Assembly: GCF_040290245.1 (NCBI RefSeq)
Contig: NZ_PSMQ01000002.1
Coordinates: 4,503 to 68,502 of the forward strand
Direction: 5' to 3'
DNA length: 64,000 bases
DNA from: Thermus sp.
GTDB lineage: Bacteria; Deinococcota; Deinococci; Deinococcales; Thermaceae
Shown here: one piece after another, positions 51,645 through 63,330 of the stretch
Numbering within the stretch: the stretch's first letter is position 1
Layout: each line of letters opens with the position of its first letter
The notes under the pieces: model-generated
What the model was told of the DNA's origin: nothing
The model's database searches: none
Seen by the model: only the letters and a program-made list of their open reading frames with translations
Made by a program: the position numbers and the translations under genes

Positions 51645-52657
51645 CCGGACACCTCTTTAATTAGATCTACCACATACCGCACATGGGTTTCCGGGGTTTC
51701 CGGCAGAAGGCCGTGGCCGAGGTTGAAGATGTGGCCAGGCCGGCCCGCGTTTTCCTGCAAAATCCTCTGGACCTCCCGCCGGATCACCCCTTTGGGAGCG
51801 AGGAGGACCGCGGGGTCCAGATTCCCCTGGACGGGGGTTGTGCCCAAGACCTCCCGGGCCCAGGGAAGGGGGGTGTGGTGGTCCAGGCCCAGGACATCCC
51901 CCCCCGCCTTTTTCATTTCCCAAAGAAGCCCCATGGTCTGGACCCCAAAGTGGATCACGGGCACGCCCAGGGGCTGCAAGAGGGCGAAGAGCCTTGCCAT
52001 GTGGGGCTGGACGTACCGCTGGTAGTCTGCGGGGGAGAGGGTTCCCACCCAGGAGTCGAAGACCTGGACCAGGTCCGCCCCCGCCCGGATCTGGGCCTGG
52101 AGGTAGTGGGCCATGTTTTCCGTCAAAAGCTCCATCAACCGGTGGAAGAGGGCCTCTTCCTTGTACATCAAGGTCTTCACCTGCAAGAAGCGCCGGCTTG
52201 GCCCCCCCTCCACCAGGTAGGCGGCCAAGGTAAAGGGGGCCCCTGCAAAGCCGATAAGGGGCACCTCGAGCTGCTCCTTAAGCATCCGGATCGCTTCCAG
52301 AATGAAGGGGACGTCCCGTTCCGCTTCCAAAGGCCTTAGGGCCTTGAGGTCCTCCACGCTCCGGATGGGCCTGGCGAAGACGGGGCCCTTCCCTTCCACG
52401 ATCTCCAGTTCGACCCCCATCCCGTAAAGAGGGGTGGTGATGTCTGCGAAGAGGATGGCCGCATCCACCCCCAGCTCCCGCACGGGGGCCAGGGTGACCT
52501 CCGCCGCCACCTCGGGGTGGCGGACCATCTCGGGGAGGGTGTACCTTTCCCGAAGCTTCCGGTAGGAGGCCTGGTACCGGCCCGCTTGGCGCATGAACCA
52601 GACGGGGGGCCTGGGGGTGGGGAGGCCTCGAGCGGCCCGGAGGATGAGGTCATTCAC
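51641..52657 (-). CDS. hemE: Uroporphyrinogen decarboxylase
   Basis: PVWFMRQAGRY, AILFADI, GFAGAPFT, FNLGHG. Confidence 0.97.
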   Translation of the reverse strand: MNDLILRAARGLPTPRPPVWFMRQAGRYQASYRKLRERYTLPEMVRHPEVAAEVTLAPVRELGVDAAILFADITTPLYGMGVELEIVEGKGPVFARPIRSVEDLKALRPLEAERDVPFILEAIRMLKEQLEVPLIGFAGAPFTLAAYLVEGGPSRRFLQVKTLMYKEEALFHRLMELLTENMAHYLQAQIRAGADLVQVFDSWVGTLSPADYQRYVQPHMARLFALLQPLGVPVIHFGVQTMGLLWEMKKAGGDVLGLDHHTPLPWAREVLGTTPVQGNLDPAVLLAPKGVIRREVQRILQENAGRPGHIFNLGHGLLPETPETHVRYVVDLIKEVSG

Positions 52658-52726
52658 GAGGTGCCATTCTACGGCTTAAGGCTTCCTCGGTAATAGGCTT
52701 GGGGCACAGGTTTTTTCCTAATCCGA

Positions 52727-53605
52727 TTATTCCCAGAAAACCTTTAAAAAGTCGTCCCCTCGAGGTGATCCGGCCAGTTTGGGGGGCTGTCCTTGGGTGT
52801 AGATGCCGCTTTGCCCCTCGAAGACGAGGCCCAAAAAGCGGCCATTCAGCATAGGGTTCAGGAGAAGGCGGAGGTTTTCCCGCCCCAAGAGCCGATTGGC
52901 CATCGCCTCCACCCAGACTTCCCCCTCCTTCCGGGCCGGATTCTTGGGCCAGGGCCGGTCCCAGGGGGCGGGGTTGGCCGAGGGGACGAGGAGGAGTTCG
53001 GCCCCCTGGGCGTCCAGCCGCTCCACGTGGCTTTGAAAAAAGGCATCCAGGCAGATCAGGACCCCCATCCGGCCGTACCGGGTCTGGACCAGGTGGGGGC
53101 CGAAGGACCCCCGGTTTAAAAACCCCTCCGCCGAACTGAGGCGCATCTTGGGAATACGGGCCAGGACCTGGCCTTGGGGATTGAGGAAGAGGGCCAGGTT
53201 GTAAAACCCCACCCCCCTCATGAACCGGCCTAGGGAGAGCTCCTCATCGTAGAAGGGCGTGAGGAGGCTACCCGCTAGGAGGTAGGCGTTGAAAGCCCGG
53301 GCGGCCTCGCAGAAGACCTCCTTCCACAGGTGGAAGGCCTTCTTTGCCCGCTTCCAAGGGAAGAGGGGCCCCTCCCTGTGCAGGTGGTAAAGAAGCGCCC
53401 GCGAGAGGGTCGGGGCCTCCAGGACGGGTTCGGCCTCGAGGTAAAAGAGAAGGGGAAGGGCGAAGGCCTCGGGGAAAGCCGCCAAGCGGGGGGTATCCTC
53501 GCCCCGAAACCCCTCTTCCAGGAGGCTGAAGACCCTTTTTCTAAAGGTTTCCTGGTTCAGGTAGTCCTGGGGGTGGATCTCCGTCTGGAGGACGAGAAGG
53601 GTCAC
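52727..53605 (-). CDS. Carbon-nitrogen hydrolase (nitrilase) family
   Basis: Catalytic E-K-C: FPE, PKMRL, ICLD. Confidence 0.82.
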   Translation of the reverse strand: MTLLVLQTEIHPQDYLNQETFRKRVFSLLEEGFRGEDTPRLAAFPEAFALPLLFYLEAEPVLEAPTLSRALLYHLHREGPLFPWKRAKKAFHLWKEVFCEAARAFNAYLLAGSLLTPFYDEELSLGRFMRGVGFYNLALFLNPQGQVLARIPKMRLSSAEGFLNRGSFGPHLVQTRYGRMGVLICLDAFFQSHVERLDAQGAELLLVPSANPAPWDRPWPKNPARKEGEVWVEAMANRLLGRENLRLLLNPMLNGRFLGLVFEGQSGIYTQGQPPKLAGSPRGDDFLKVFWE

Positions 53606-53988
53606 GCCCCCAGTCTACTCATCGCCTGCTGGAGGCGGCTTAAGGCTTCCTGGGCCGCACCTTCCGGAAGACCCGGAAGAAGAGGAAAGAAGGCCAAGGG
53701 GTTTTGGAGAAGGATCTCCACCTCTTCCCCCACCTGTCTTAAGACCACGTTGCAGGGCATGAGAACCCCCACCTGCCGGTTTTTCTCCAGCGCTTCCTTG
53801 GCCAGATGGGGGTTGCAGGCCCCCAGGATGAGGTAGGGCTCCATCGTTGCCCCTATCTTGGCCTTCAGGACCTCCGAGACCGGGATCTCGCTCAGGATGC
53901 CGAAGCCTTCCTCCTGAAGCGCCTCCACCACCCTGGTTCTGACTGCCTCGAGGCTTCCTCTAATCCGGTATGTGAGCGCCGCTTCCAT
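53602..53988 (-). CDS. DUF302 protein
   Basis: GFGILSEI, Y.ILGACNP, G..MPCNV. Confidence 0.88.
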   Translation of the reverse strand: MEAALTYRIRGSLEAVRTRVVEALQEEGFGILSEIPVSEVLKAKIGATMEPYLILGACNPHLAKEALEKNRQVGVLMPCNVVLRQVGEEVEILLQNPLAFFPLLPGLPEGAAQEALSRLQQAMSRLGA

Positions 53989-53998
53989 GTTTCGCCTC

Positions 53999-54700
53999 CT
54001 ATAGGTTTTTCACCCCGATATACACGCCGATGGCCAACAGGAAAAGGACGAAGCCCTGCCGGAGCCGCTCCTGGGGCAGGTGGAGGGAAAGCCTTCCCCC
54101 GAGGAGGCTCCCTAGTATCCCCACCAGGGTGAGGGAGAGGACAAGCCCCCAGTGGATGGAGTCTTGCTGGGCAAGGGAGGCGGTGTGCTTGTAGCCCCCT
54201 ACGACGGCGTTAAGGGTGACAATGGCCAGGCTTGTCCCCACCGCCCGGTGCATGGGAAGGCCCCCCAGAAGGACCAAGGCGGGCACGATCAAAAACCCGC
54301 CCCCCACGCCCACGAACCCGGTGAGGGCCCCCACCATCGTTCCCTCTAAAGCCGCCTTCCAGAAAGCCCTTCTCCCCTGGGGCCTCAGCCTGGGGGGGCG
54401 GGCCATGAGGTAGGCGGCGAACAGCATCACGCCCGCGAAGACCAGAAGCTGGACCTGGCCTGTGACAAAGCTGGGCAGGCCGAACCCGAGGAGGCTCTTC
54501 CAGTCCACCAGGCCCCTTAGGGCGTAGGGCAGCACCCCCACCAGGCTGATCCCTCCCACGATGAGGAGGCTTTCCGCGATGGCCAGCTTCGGAGGCTCTC
54601 CCAGGAGGTAGACTAAGATCGGTACGGTGAGAATAGAGCCTCCTGAGCCCAGAAGGCCCAGGGAGAGGCCAATGAGAAGGGCGCCTAGCCAAGCCAGCAT
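53999..54700 (-). CDS. TauE/SafE (TSUP) sulfite-exporter family, possibly with an internal deletion
   Basis: GLLGSGGSILTVP, GFVGVGGGFLIVP, AVGTSL; 233 aa from MLAWLG. Confidence 0.85.
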   Translation of the reverse strand: MLAWLGALLIGLSLGLLGSGGSILTVPILVYLLGEPPKLAIAESLLIVGGISLVGVLPYALRGLVDWKSLLGFGLPSFVTGQVQLLVFAGVMLFAAYLMARPPRLRPQGRRAFWKAALEGTMVGALTGFVGVGGGFLIVPALVLLGGLPMHRAVGTSLAIVTLNAVVGGYKHTASLAQQDSIHWGLVLSLTLVGILGSLLGGRLSLHLPQERLRQGFVLFLLAIGVYIGVKNL

Positions 54701-55350
54701 TACTTTTCCACCGGTAGCCCCGCCCCCAGCCAGGCGTAGGTGCCGCCCTCGAGGTTCACCACCTTTTCCGGATCGAACCCCTGGTTGACCAGAAACTCCG
54801 CGGCCAGGCCTGAGCGGTTGCCCGAGTTGCAGACGAGGAGGAGTATACGGTCCTTGGGGAGCTCGGAAAGCCTTTGGGGAAGGGCGGAAAGGGGGATGTT
54901 CACCGCCCCTGGGATGTGTCCTCCCGGGTACTCCCACGTCTCCCGAACGTCCACCACAAGGGCCCCTTCTTCCATCAAGCGCGAGGCCTCCTGAGGGCCC
55001 ACCTCCTTGAAGGAGGTGGCAGCATACACCTCCTCCACTGGGGTTGTGTCCACAGGAAGGCCCGTCCGGTACCAGCGAACGAGGCCGCCCTCCAGGTTCA
55101 GGAGGTTGGTGTAGCCCTGCTGGGCGAGCCAGGCCGCGGCCTGCTCGCTGCGGTTCCCCGTGCGGCAGTAGAGGACCACTGGGGTGTCCTTGGGAAGCTC
55201 CTGGTAGCGGGCCAAAAACTCGGAGAGGGGGAGTAGCTTTGCGCCAGGGATGCGGGCCTGGGCGTACTCCTCTACCTCCCGGACGTCCACGAAGGGTACA
55301 CCCTGGTCGTAAAGGGTCTTCGCCTCTTCTGGGGTTAGGTTCTTGACCAT
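54700..55350 (-). CDS. Tandem-domain rhodanese (sulfurtransferase)
   Basis: Two domains with active loops CRTGNRS and CNSGNRS; DVRE and HIPGA. Confidence 0.9.
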   Translation of the reverse strand: MVKNLTPEEAKTLYDQGVPFVDVREVEEYAQARIPGAKLLPLSEFLARYQELPKDTPVVLYCRTGNRSEQAAAWLAQQGYTNLLNLEGGLVRWYRTGLPVDTTPVEEVYAATSFKEVGPQEASRLMEEGALVVDVRETWEYPGGHIPGAVNIPLSALPQRLSELPKDRILLLVCNSGNRSGLAAEFLVNQGFDPEKVVNLEGGTYAWLGAGLPVEK

Positions 55351-56777
55351 CAGGCCGTCACCTCCAGCGCCTTGTCCACTGGGAAGCCCCGTTCCATCCA
55401 GGCCTTGATCCCGCCGGTGAGATTGTACACGTTCCTAAAGCCGTGGGCGAGCAGGGCGCTGATGGCGGTGCTGGAACGGTCTCCACCCAGGCAGTGGACG
55501 AGGATGGGCTTGTCCTTGGGGAGGCGGTGCAGGTTGGCCACCACCCGGCCCGCGTGGATGTTGACCGCGTTCGGGATGTGGCCCGCGAGGTACTCGTCCC
55601 GGCCCCGCACGTCCAGCACGAAGGCCCCCTGCTCCCACATCTTCCTGGCCTCTTCCGCGGTCACCTGGGGGACCACCTCCAGCTCCCCTTCCGCATACCC
55701 CTCGAGGCTCGGGATATACCCCACCACCTGGTCCAGGCCGATGCGGACCAGGCCCCGGGTGAGTTCCTCCACCCGGTGGGGCTCGGCAAGGAGGACAAGG
55801 GGCCGGTCGTAGGGGAGAAGCCACCCAGCCCAGGTGGAGAAGTTCTTCCCCGCGGGGATACTGAGGGCCCCCGGGAGGTGCCCCCCGGCGAAGGCGAACT
55901 TGTCCCGGGTGTCCACGAGCACCGCGCCCTCCTCTATGGCCTTTTGGAACTGGAACCGGGTGAGCCGAGCAGGGTGGGGCACCCCGCCCAGAAGGGGCAT
56001 CCCGTCGCGGTTCATCCGCTTCATCTCTTTGAAGTAGGTGGGGGCTTCGGGCTGGCCCTGGAGGAGGGCCTTTACGAACCCTTCCTCATCCTCCTTTTCC
56101 AGGTACTCCGCCCACCAGGCGTGTCGGCGTTCGTACCCCAAGGTGGTGGCGGGAAGGGCCCCCAAGGCCTTGCCGCAGGCCGACCCTGCCCCGTGGCCAG
56201 GCCAGATCTGCAGGTGGTCGGGAAGGGTGAGGAAGCGCTTCAGGCTCTGGAACAGGGCCTTTGCTCCCGGCTTTGCCGTACCCTTGAACCCCGCGGCCTC
56301 CTCCAAAAGGTCGGGCCGCCCCACCTCCCCCACGAAGAGGAAGTCCCCTGTGAGGGCGAGAAGGGGCTCCTCCGTCACCGCCCCGTCCGCCACCAGGAAG
56401 GCGATGTGCTCCGGAGTGTGGCCGGGGGTATGCAGGACCTTCACCCGGATGTTCCCGACCCGGAACTCGTCGTTGTCCTTGACCAGGACGTACTTAAACC
56501 CCTCGAGGCCCTTGTACTTCCAGTTCTCATCCCCCTCGTCCGAGAGGTACAAGGTGGCCCCCGTCTGGGCCGCAAGCTCCCGGGCCCCGGAGAGGTAGTC
56601 CGCGTGGATGTGGGTCTACGCCACGGCCACGATGCGGAGCCCCAACGTTTCCGCAAGCTCTAGATAGGTGTCCACGTCCCGCTTGGGATCCACCACCAGT
56701 GCCTCTTTCGTGGCGGGGCAGCCCAGGAAGTAGCTCATCTGCGCGAGGCCTTCCTCGTAGATTTGTCGGAATACCAT
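55350..56777 (-). pseudogene. MBL-fold persulfide dioxygenase-rhodanese fusion (CstB/Blh-like) with in-frame TAG
   Basis: MVFRQIYEEGLAQMSY...VAVA*THIHADYLSG; TAG at 56616-56618; remainder intact (HTPGHTPEH, PGHGAGSACG, HCLGGDRS). Confidence 0.88.
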
Positions 56778-56819
56778 GGCTTCCCTCCTGTTCGGGGTCG
56801 ATGCCCCTGAGTTCCATGA

Positions 56820-56834
56820 TACCCTACCAGGGTA
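56820..56834. promoter_or_regulatory. Second CsoR/CstR-like operator
   Basis: TACCC-TACCA-GGGTA inverted repeat upstream of the MBL gene. Confidence 0.45.
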
Positions 56835-56908
56835 GTGTGCGTCAAGGCCCGGGTTTGTTCCATAGATCGCTAGTCATTCCATGGCGGGTATGGTATAGTA
56901 TCCCGTAG

Positions 56909-56930
56909 ATATACCCTCTTGGGGGTATAT
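56909..56930. promoter_or_regulatory. CsoR/RcnR/CstR-family-like operator
   Basis: ATATACCC-TCTTGG-GGGTATAT inverted repeat in the divergent intergenic region. Confidence 0.6.
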
Positions 56931-56970
56931 CGCGGTTGCTTCCCCACCGGGGGAACAACGGGAGGAGGCC

Positions 56971-57660
56971 ATGGCGCTACTGGGACCAAAGGAGCAAGAG
57001 ATCGTCCGGCAGAGGCTTTCTACTCTGGAGAAGGATGTGGAGGCGGTGCTTTTCACCGACTCCTCCACCCTGATCGCCCCGGGCAAGGAGCCCTGCCTCT
57101 ACTGCAAGGAGACCAAGCAGCTTATGGAGGAGCTCACGGCCCTTTCCGACAAACTCCACCTCGTGGTTTACGACCTCTCCACACCGGAAGGGCAGAGGCA
57201 GGCCCAGGCCATGCGGGTGGAGGCGGCCCCCACCCTCATCCTTAGGGAGAAGGGCCTGGACCGGGTGAACCTCCGTTACCGGGGCATCCCCGCAGGGTAC
57301 GAGTTCGCAAGTCTTCTCGAGGACATCGAGATGATCGGCCGGGATGGCCACGGCCTCCCCGAGGAGACGGTGGAGTTCCTCCAGGGCCTCCCCGAGGAGG
57401 TCGTCCTCCAGGTCTTCGTCACCCCCACCTGTCCCTACTGCCCCCAGGCGGTCCGCACCGCCCACCGCTTTGCCTACGCCTCGGACAAGGTCTTTGGGGA
57501 GATGGTGGAAGCCAACGAGTTTCCCGCCCTTTCCGAGAAGTACCACATCCACGGGGTGCCGGACACCATCGTCAACCACGGCAAGGCCAGGGTCCTAGGG
57601 GCCCAGCCGGTGGCGGCCTTCCTGCAGGCGATTAGGGAGGCGGTGGGCGTAAGGGTATGA
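56971..57660 (+). CDS. Protein disulfide oxidoreductase (two thioredoxin folds)
   Basis: CLYC and CPYC motifs, GIPAGYEF, GVP. Confidence 0.88.
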   Translation: MALLGPKEQEIVRQRLSTLEKDVEAVLFTDSSTLIAPGKEPCLYCKETKQLMEELTALSDKLHLVVYDLSTPEGQRQAQAMRVEAAPTLILREKGLDRVNLRYRGIPAGYEFASLLEDIEMIGRDGHGLPEETVEFLQGLPEEVVLQVFVTPTCPYCPQAVRTAHRFAYASDKVFGEMVEANEFPALSEKYHIHGVPDTIVNHGKARVLGAQPVAAFLQAIREAVGVRV

Positions 57661-57973
57661 GCTGCCGCATGACTGGGCACGCCCTTTTGGGCCTGCTCTT
57701 CCCAGTCTCCTTTCCGCCTGTGGGGCTAGGGGGCGGTACCAGGAGGTGGGCCCGGAGGACCTTTACGCCCATCTATCTGGGGAGGTTTTGGTGGTGGATG
57801 TCCGTACCCCCATGGAGTTTGCCCAGGGGCATGTTCCCGGGGCCAAGAACTATCCTCTGCAGTCCATAGACGCCTGGTGGCGCGAGCTGCCTAAGGACAA
57901 ACCGGTCTACCTTTACAATGTCCAGGGGGGTGTTCTGGCGATTGAGCGAATGGACTACCCCCTCGTCCGATGA
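57657..57973 (+). pseudogene. Rhodanese lipoprotein remnant
   Basis: Lipobox LSAC is out of frame with the ATG; VDVRTP.EF..GHVPGA present; PVYLY runs directly into NVQGG with no catalytic Cys loop. Confidence 0.78.
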
Positions 57974-58756
57974 TGGATGCGGTTCAGATTGGCCCCATCG
58001 CCCTTTCCTGGGCCAGGGTTCAGGTGGCCCTGGCCCTTTTGGGCATGGTCCTTCTCCGAAGTGTATGCCCGAAAGGTGGACCGGAGGCTTTCCAGCTGGG
58101 CCTGGAACGTCATTCTCGTGGGGCTTCTTGCCGCCCGGCTAGCCTTTGTCCTTCGCCACGCCGCCACCTACGCCCAGGACCCCCTTTCCGCCCTTTATGT
58201 ATGGCAGGGGGGATTCGACGCCTGGGCTGGGGTGGTGGCCGGGGGGGTGTATACGCTTATGGCCTTACCCAAGAACCTCTGGAAGTATGCGCTTTTGGCT
58301 GCGGGGGTGGCGGGGCTCTTCTATGGCCTTTTGAGCCATAGGCGGCCCCAGGAGGCCCGGTTGCCGAACCTTACCCTCGAGCGCCTAGGCGGGGAGCCGG
58401 TGGAGCTCAGGGCCTTTCTGGGGAAGCCCCTGGTGGTGAACGCCTGGGCCACCTGGTGCCCCCCCTGCCGGAGGGAACTCCCCATGCTCCTCGAGGTGGC
58501 CAAAAGGACCCCCGAGGTCCGGTTTGTCTTTGTAAGCCAGGGGGAGGGCCCGGAGGTGGTGCGGCGCTTTCTTGAGGAACGGAACCTGAGCATGGAGTGG
58601 GCCCTTCTGGACCCCTCTACCCGGTTGTCCGAGGCCTTGAACATCCAGGGCCTGCCCACCACGTTCTTCTTTGACCGGGAAGGACGGCTCATCCTCCGGC
58701 ACATGGGGGAGCTTTCCGAGGCCCTCCTTACGGATTACCTCCGGGCTTTGCGCTAG
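57970..58756 (+). pseudogene. TlpA-family disulfide reductase with membrane N-terminus, frameshifted
   Basis: Start frame MMDAVQIGP shifts near 58050 into the frame carrying WATWCPPC and GLPTTFF. Confidence 0.72.
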
Positions 58757-60165
58757 GGGGTTCCGATCCGGTGCTCGCCGTCGTAGGTGAGGAGGACGGG
58801 CTTTTCCTTTAAAACGCTCCTCAGGTGGACCGGCCGGCCCCAGAGGCGGTGGAGGTTGGCCAAAACCGCCTGGGTCCGCCTGAGGTCCAGCCCTACCCCC
58901 TCGTAGGCGTGCTCCAGAAGGAGCTCGCCCCGGTTCTTGTGGTTGGCGTCCACGAGCCAGATGGTGGGGTAGCCCCCGTTGGTGAGGCGGAAGAGGAGGC
59001 GGCGCTTCGCCTCTTCAAATTTGTCCAGGTCCTTGGGGGCCTGGTTGCGCCGGAGGGCGAACTCAGGGGTGAGAAACTCCTCGAGGAAGCCCAGATCGGT
59101 GTACACGGTCCGCACCTGGAAGATTTTCTCCCGCCCCCTGGACGTGGGGCGTTCATAGTTGAGCTTCTCTCCCAGGGGGAGGCGCTCGTACTCCTCCCCA
59201 AACCGCCCCTTGTCCCAGCGTTCCTCGATCTCCTGGAATAGGTGATAGCCCAGCCGGTAGGGGTTGAACCCCTGGGGGGTAAGAAGCCCCGCCTGGAGCT
59301 CCGCAAACTCCAAGGCCTCCTCGGGGCTTAGGAGAGGGAGAAGAATGCGGGTATGCCAGAAGGTGGCCCAGCCCTCGTTCATGACCTTGGTGGCTGCCTG
59401 TGGAGCGAAGTAGAGGCTTTCCTCCCGGATGATCTCCAGGATGCTTCGCTGCCAGGGGGCAAGGGGGGCGTGCCGGGCCAGGAAACCCAGGATGTCCCGT
59501 GTGGGTCTGGGGGGGAGGGGTTTCTGGCTTGCCCCCTCCTCCGCTTCCTTGGGGGGTTCGGCGGGGGGGTTGACATAGGGGTCCAGGTAGGGGCGGACCC
59601 GGAGGCGGCCTTGGGGTAGGGGGGTTTCCTCAAGGTGTTCCCCCGACGGGGAAGCAGCCTCCTCTAAGCGGCGGATATAGGGGGCGTGAGGGTCGATGAG
59701 GTTTTCCAGGGAGAGGGCCAGGTCCAAAAACTCCTCCACCGCCCGTGCCCCGTGCCTGTCCATGGCCCTGGCCACGTAGGCTGCGTGGTGGGCCATCTCG
59801 TTCAGCATGTCCTTGGGGATGGGCCGGAAGGCCAGGTTGTTCTTGAAGAAGTCCGCGTGGGCAAAGACGTGGGCCATGACCAGCTTCTGGACCAGGGGGG
59901 TGTTGCCCTTTAGGAGGTAGGCGTAGACGGGTTCGGTGTTGACCACCAGCTCGTGGATCCGGCCCAGGCCGTAGCGGTAAAGCTCCCGGTAGCGGAGGTA
60001 CTCGCTTCCGAAGCGCCAGTGGGGGTAGCGGCGGGGAAACCCCCCGTAGGCGGCCAGCATGGCCATCTCCTCCGCGTCCACCTCCTCAAAGACCACCGGG
60101 GCAAAGGAAAGGCCCATCTCCTCTGCCTTGGCTTGCAAGATTCCGGCCCAGTCTTTGAGGTTCAT
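58753..60165 (-). CDS. spoVR: SpoVR family protein
   Basis: GGFP.RYPHWRFG, HELV.N, HVFAHADFF, KVMNEGWA. Confidence 0.92.
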   Translation of the reverse strand: MNLKDWAGILQAKAEEMGLSFAPVVFEEVDAEEMAMLAAYGGFPRRYPHWRFGSEYLRYRELYRYGLGRIHELVVNTEPVYAYLLKGNTPLVQKLVMAHVFAHADFFKNNLAFRPIPKDMLNEMAHHAAYVARAMDRHGARAVEEFLDLALSLENLIDPHAPYIRRLEEAASPSGEHLEETPLPQGRLRVRPYLDPYVNPPAEPPKEAEEGASQKPLPPRPTRDILGFLARHAPLAPWQRSILEIIREESLYFAPQAATKVMNEGWATFWHTRILLPLLSPEEALEFAELQAGLLTPQGFNPYRLGYHLFQEIEERWDKGRFGEEYERLPLGEKLNYERPTSRGREKIFQVRTVYTDLGFLEEFLTPEFALRRNQAPKDLDKFEEAKRRLLFRLTNGGYPTIWLVDANHKNRGELLLEHAYEGVGLDLRRTQAVLANLHRLWGRPVHLRSVLKEKPVLLTYDGEHRIGTP

Positions 60166-61243
60166 TCTTCCCCTCCCAGAAGCCGCCTGAGCGCGCGGGG
60201 CAGGCTCTCTTGGCCCGTGAGCTCCGCGGTGGCCAGGGCCTCGAGGTACGCTGACGCGTGACCGAGGCCGGGAGAGCTCCTTTGGAGGGCCTCCAGATCG
60301 TAGAGAAAACCCCCCTCCCCTCCGCGGGTTTGGACCTGGGCGTACCCGTAGAGGGCAAGGCTAGGGAGGAGGCGGCCCAGGGCCTCCAGGGCCTTTTCCG
60401 TATCCCCCGGCCAGTTCTCCCCATCGGAGAAGTGGTAGAGGTAGCGGTTGTAAAAGGCCTCGGGGTAGGCCTTCAGGATCTTCTCCGCCAGGAGGATGGC
60501 GCTGGAAAGCCGTGTCCCCCCGCCTTCCTTAGCCCGGAAGAACTCCTCTTCCCCAACTTCCCAGGCCTCCGCGTCGTGGAGGATGTAGCGGCGCTCGAGG
60601 CGGGGAAAATGTCTCCGGATCCAGGCGGTAATCCAGTAGGCCAGGGTCTTGACCAGCCGGAGCTCCTCCTCCCGCATGCTCCCCGAGACGTCCAGGGCAA
60701 AGACCACCACCGCCTGGGCGTGGGGGCGGGGCCTGGCCTTAGGGGCCTTGTACCGGAAGTCCTCCCGCTCGGGGATGAGCCGGGGGGCCTTGTCCACCTC
60801 CGGCCGGTACTCCCCCGAAAGAAGGCCCCGCTTAAGGGCTTCCTTAAGCGTCCGTCGCACGTGCCTTAGACCCCTGGGACCTTTGCGGGCGATGGTGGTG
60901 TAGCGGAAGGCCTCCTCCGTCACCTCCCCTTCCCCCTTGGGGCGGAGCCGGGGGAGCTTGAGGGCTTCTCCCATAAGGTCTAAGAACTCCTCCAGCTCGA
61001 GCTCCGCCACCGGGATATGTCCCCCGGGCCCGAGCCCCTCACCCCCCGGCCCCAGGCCGAGGCCTTCTCCCACTTCCTCCCCGTAGACGATCTTGGGCAG
61101 CTCCAGCTGGGGAAGAGGAATGGAGACCAGGCGGCCTTCCAGCTGGCCTAAAAATTCCTCCCGGGTGAGGAACTCCCGGGCCCTTTTCTGGATCTCCCCC
61201 CGGACGATGGCCTTAAACCGCTCCAGGTCCCGCTCAATCGGCC

Positions 61244-61247
<4 letters not shown>
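60162..61247 (-). CDS. YeaH/YhbH (DUF444) protein
   Basis: DVSGSM VWA-like motif, [14 protein letters not shown]. Confidence 0.9.
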
Positions 61248-63256
<2,009 letters not shown>

Positions 63257-63330
63257 CTTGCCCTCCTTGATACGGGCGGTTTATAGACTTCAAGGTTATT
63301 TTATCACGAGGGGAAAGAAAAAGTGTAGCC

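Noticed and set aside
56616-56618. Amber codon as pyrrolysine or programmed readthrough
   Set aside because: The position is a conserved Glu (GAG to TAG), there are no pyl genes in the window, and neighbouring genes are also decaying.
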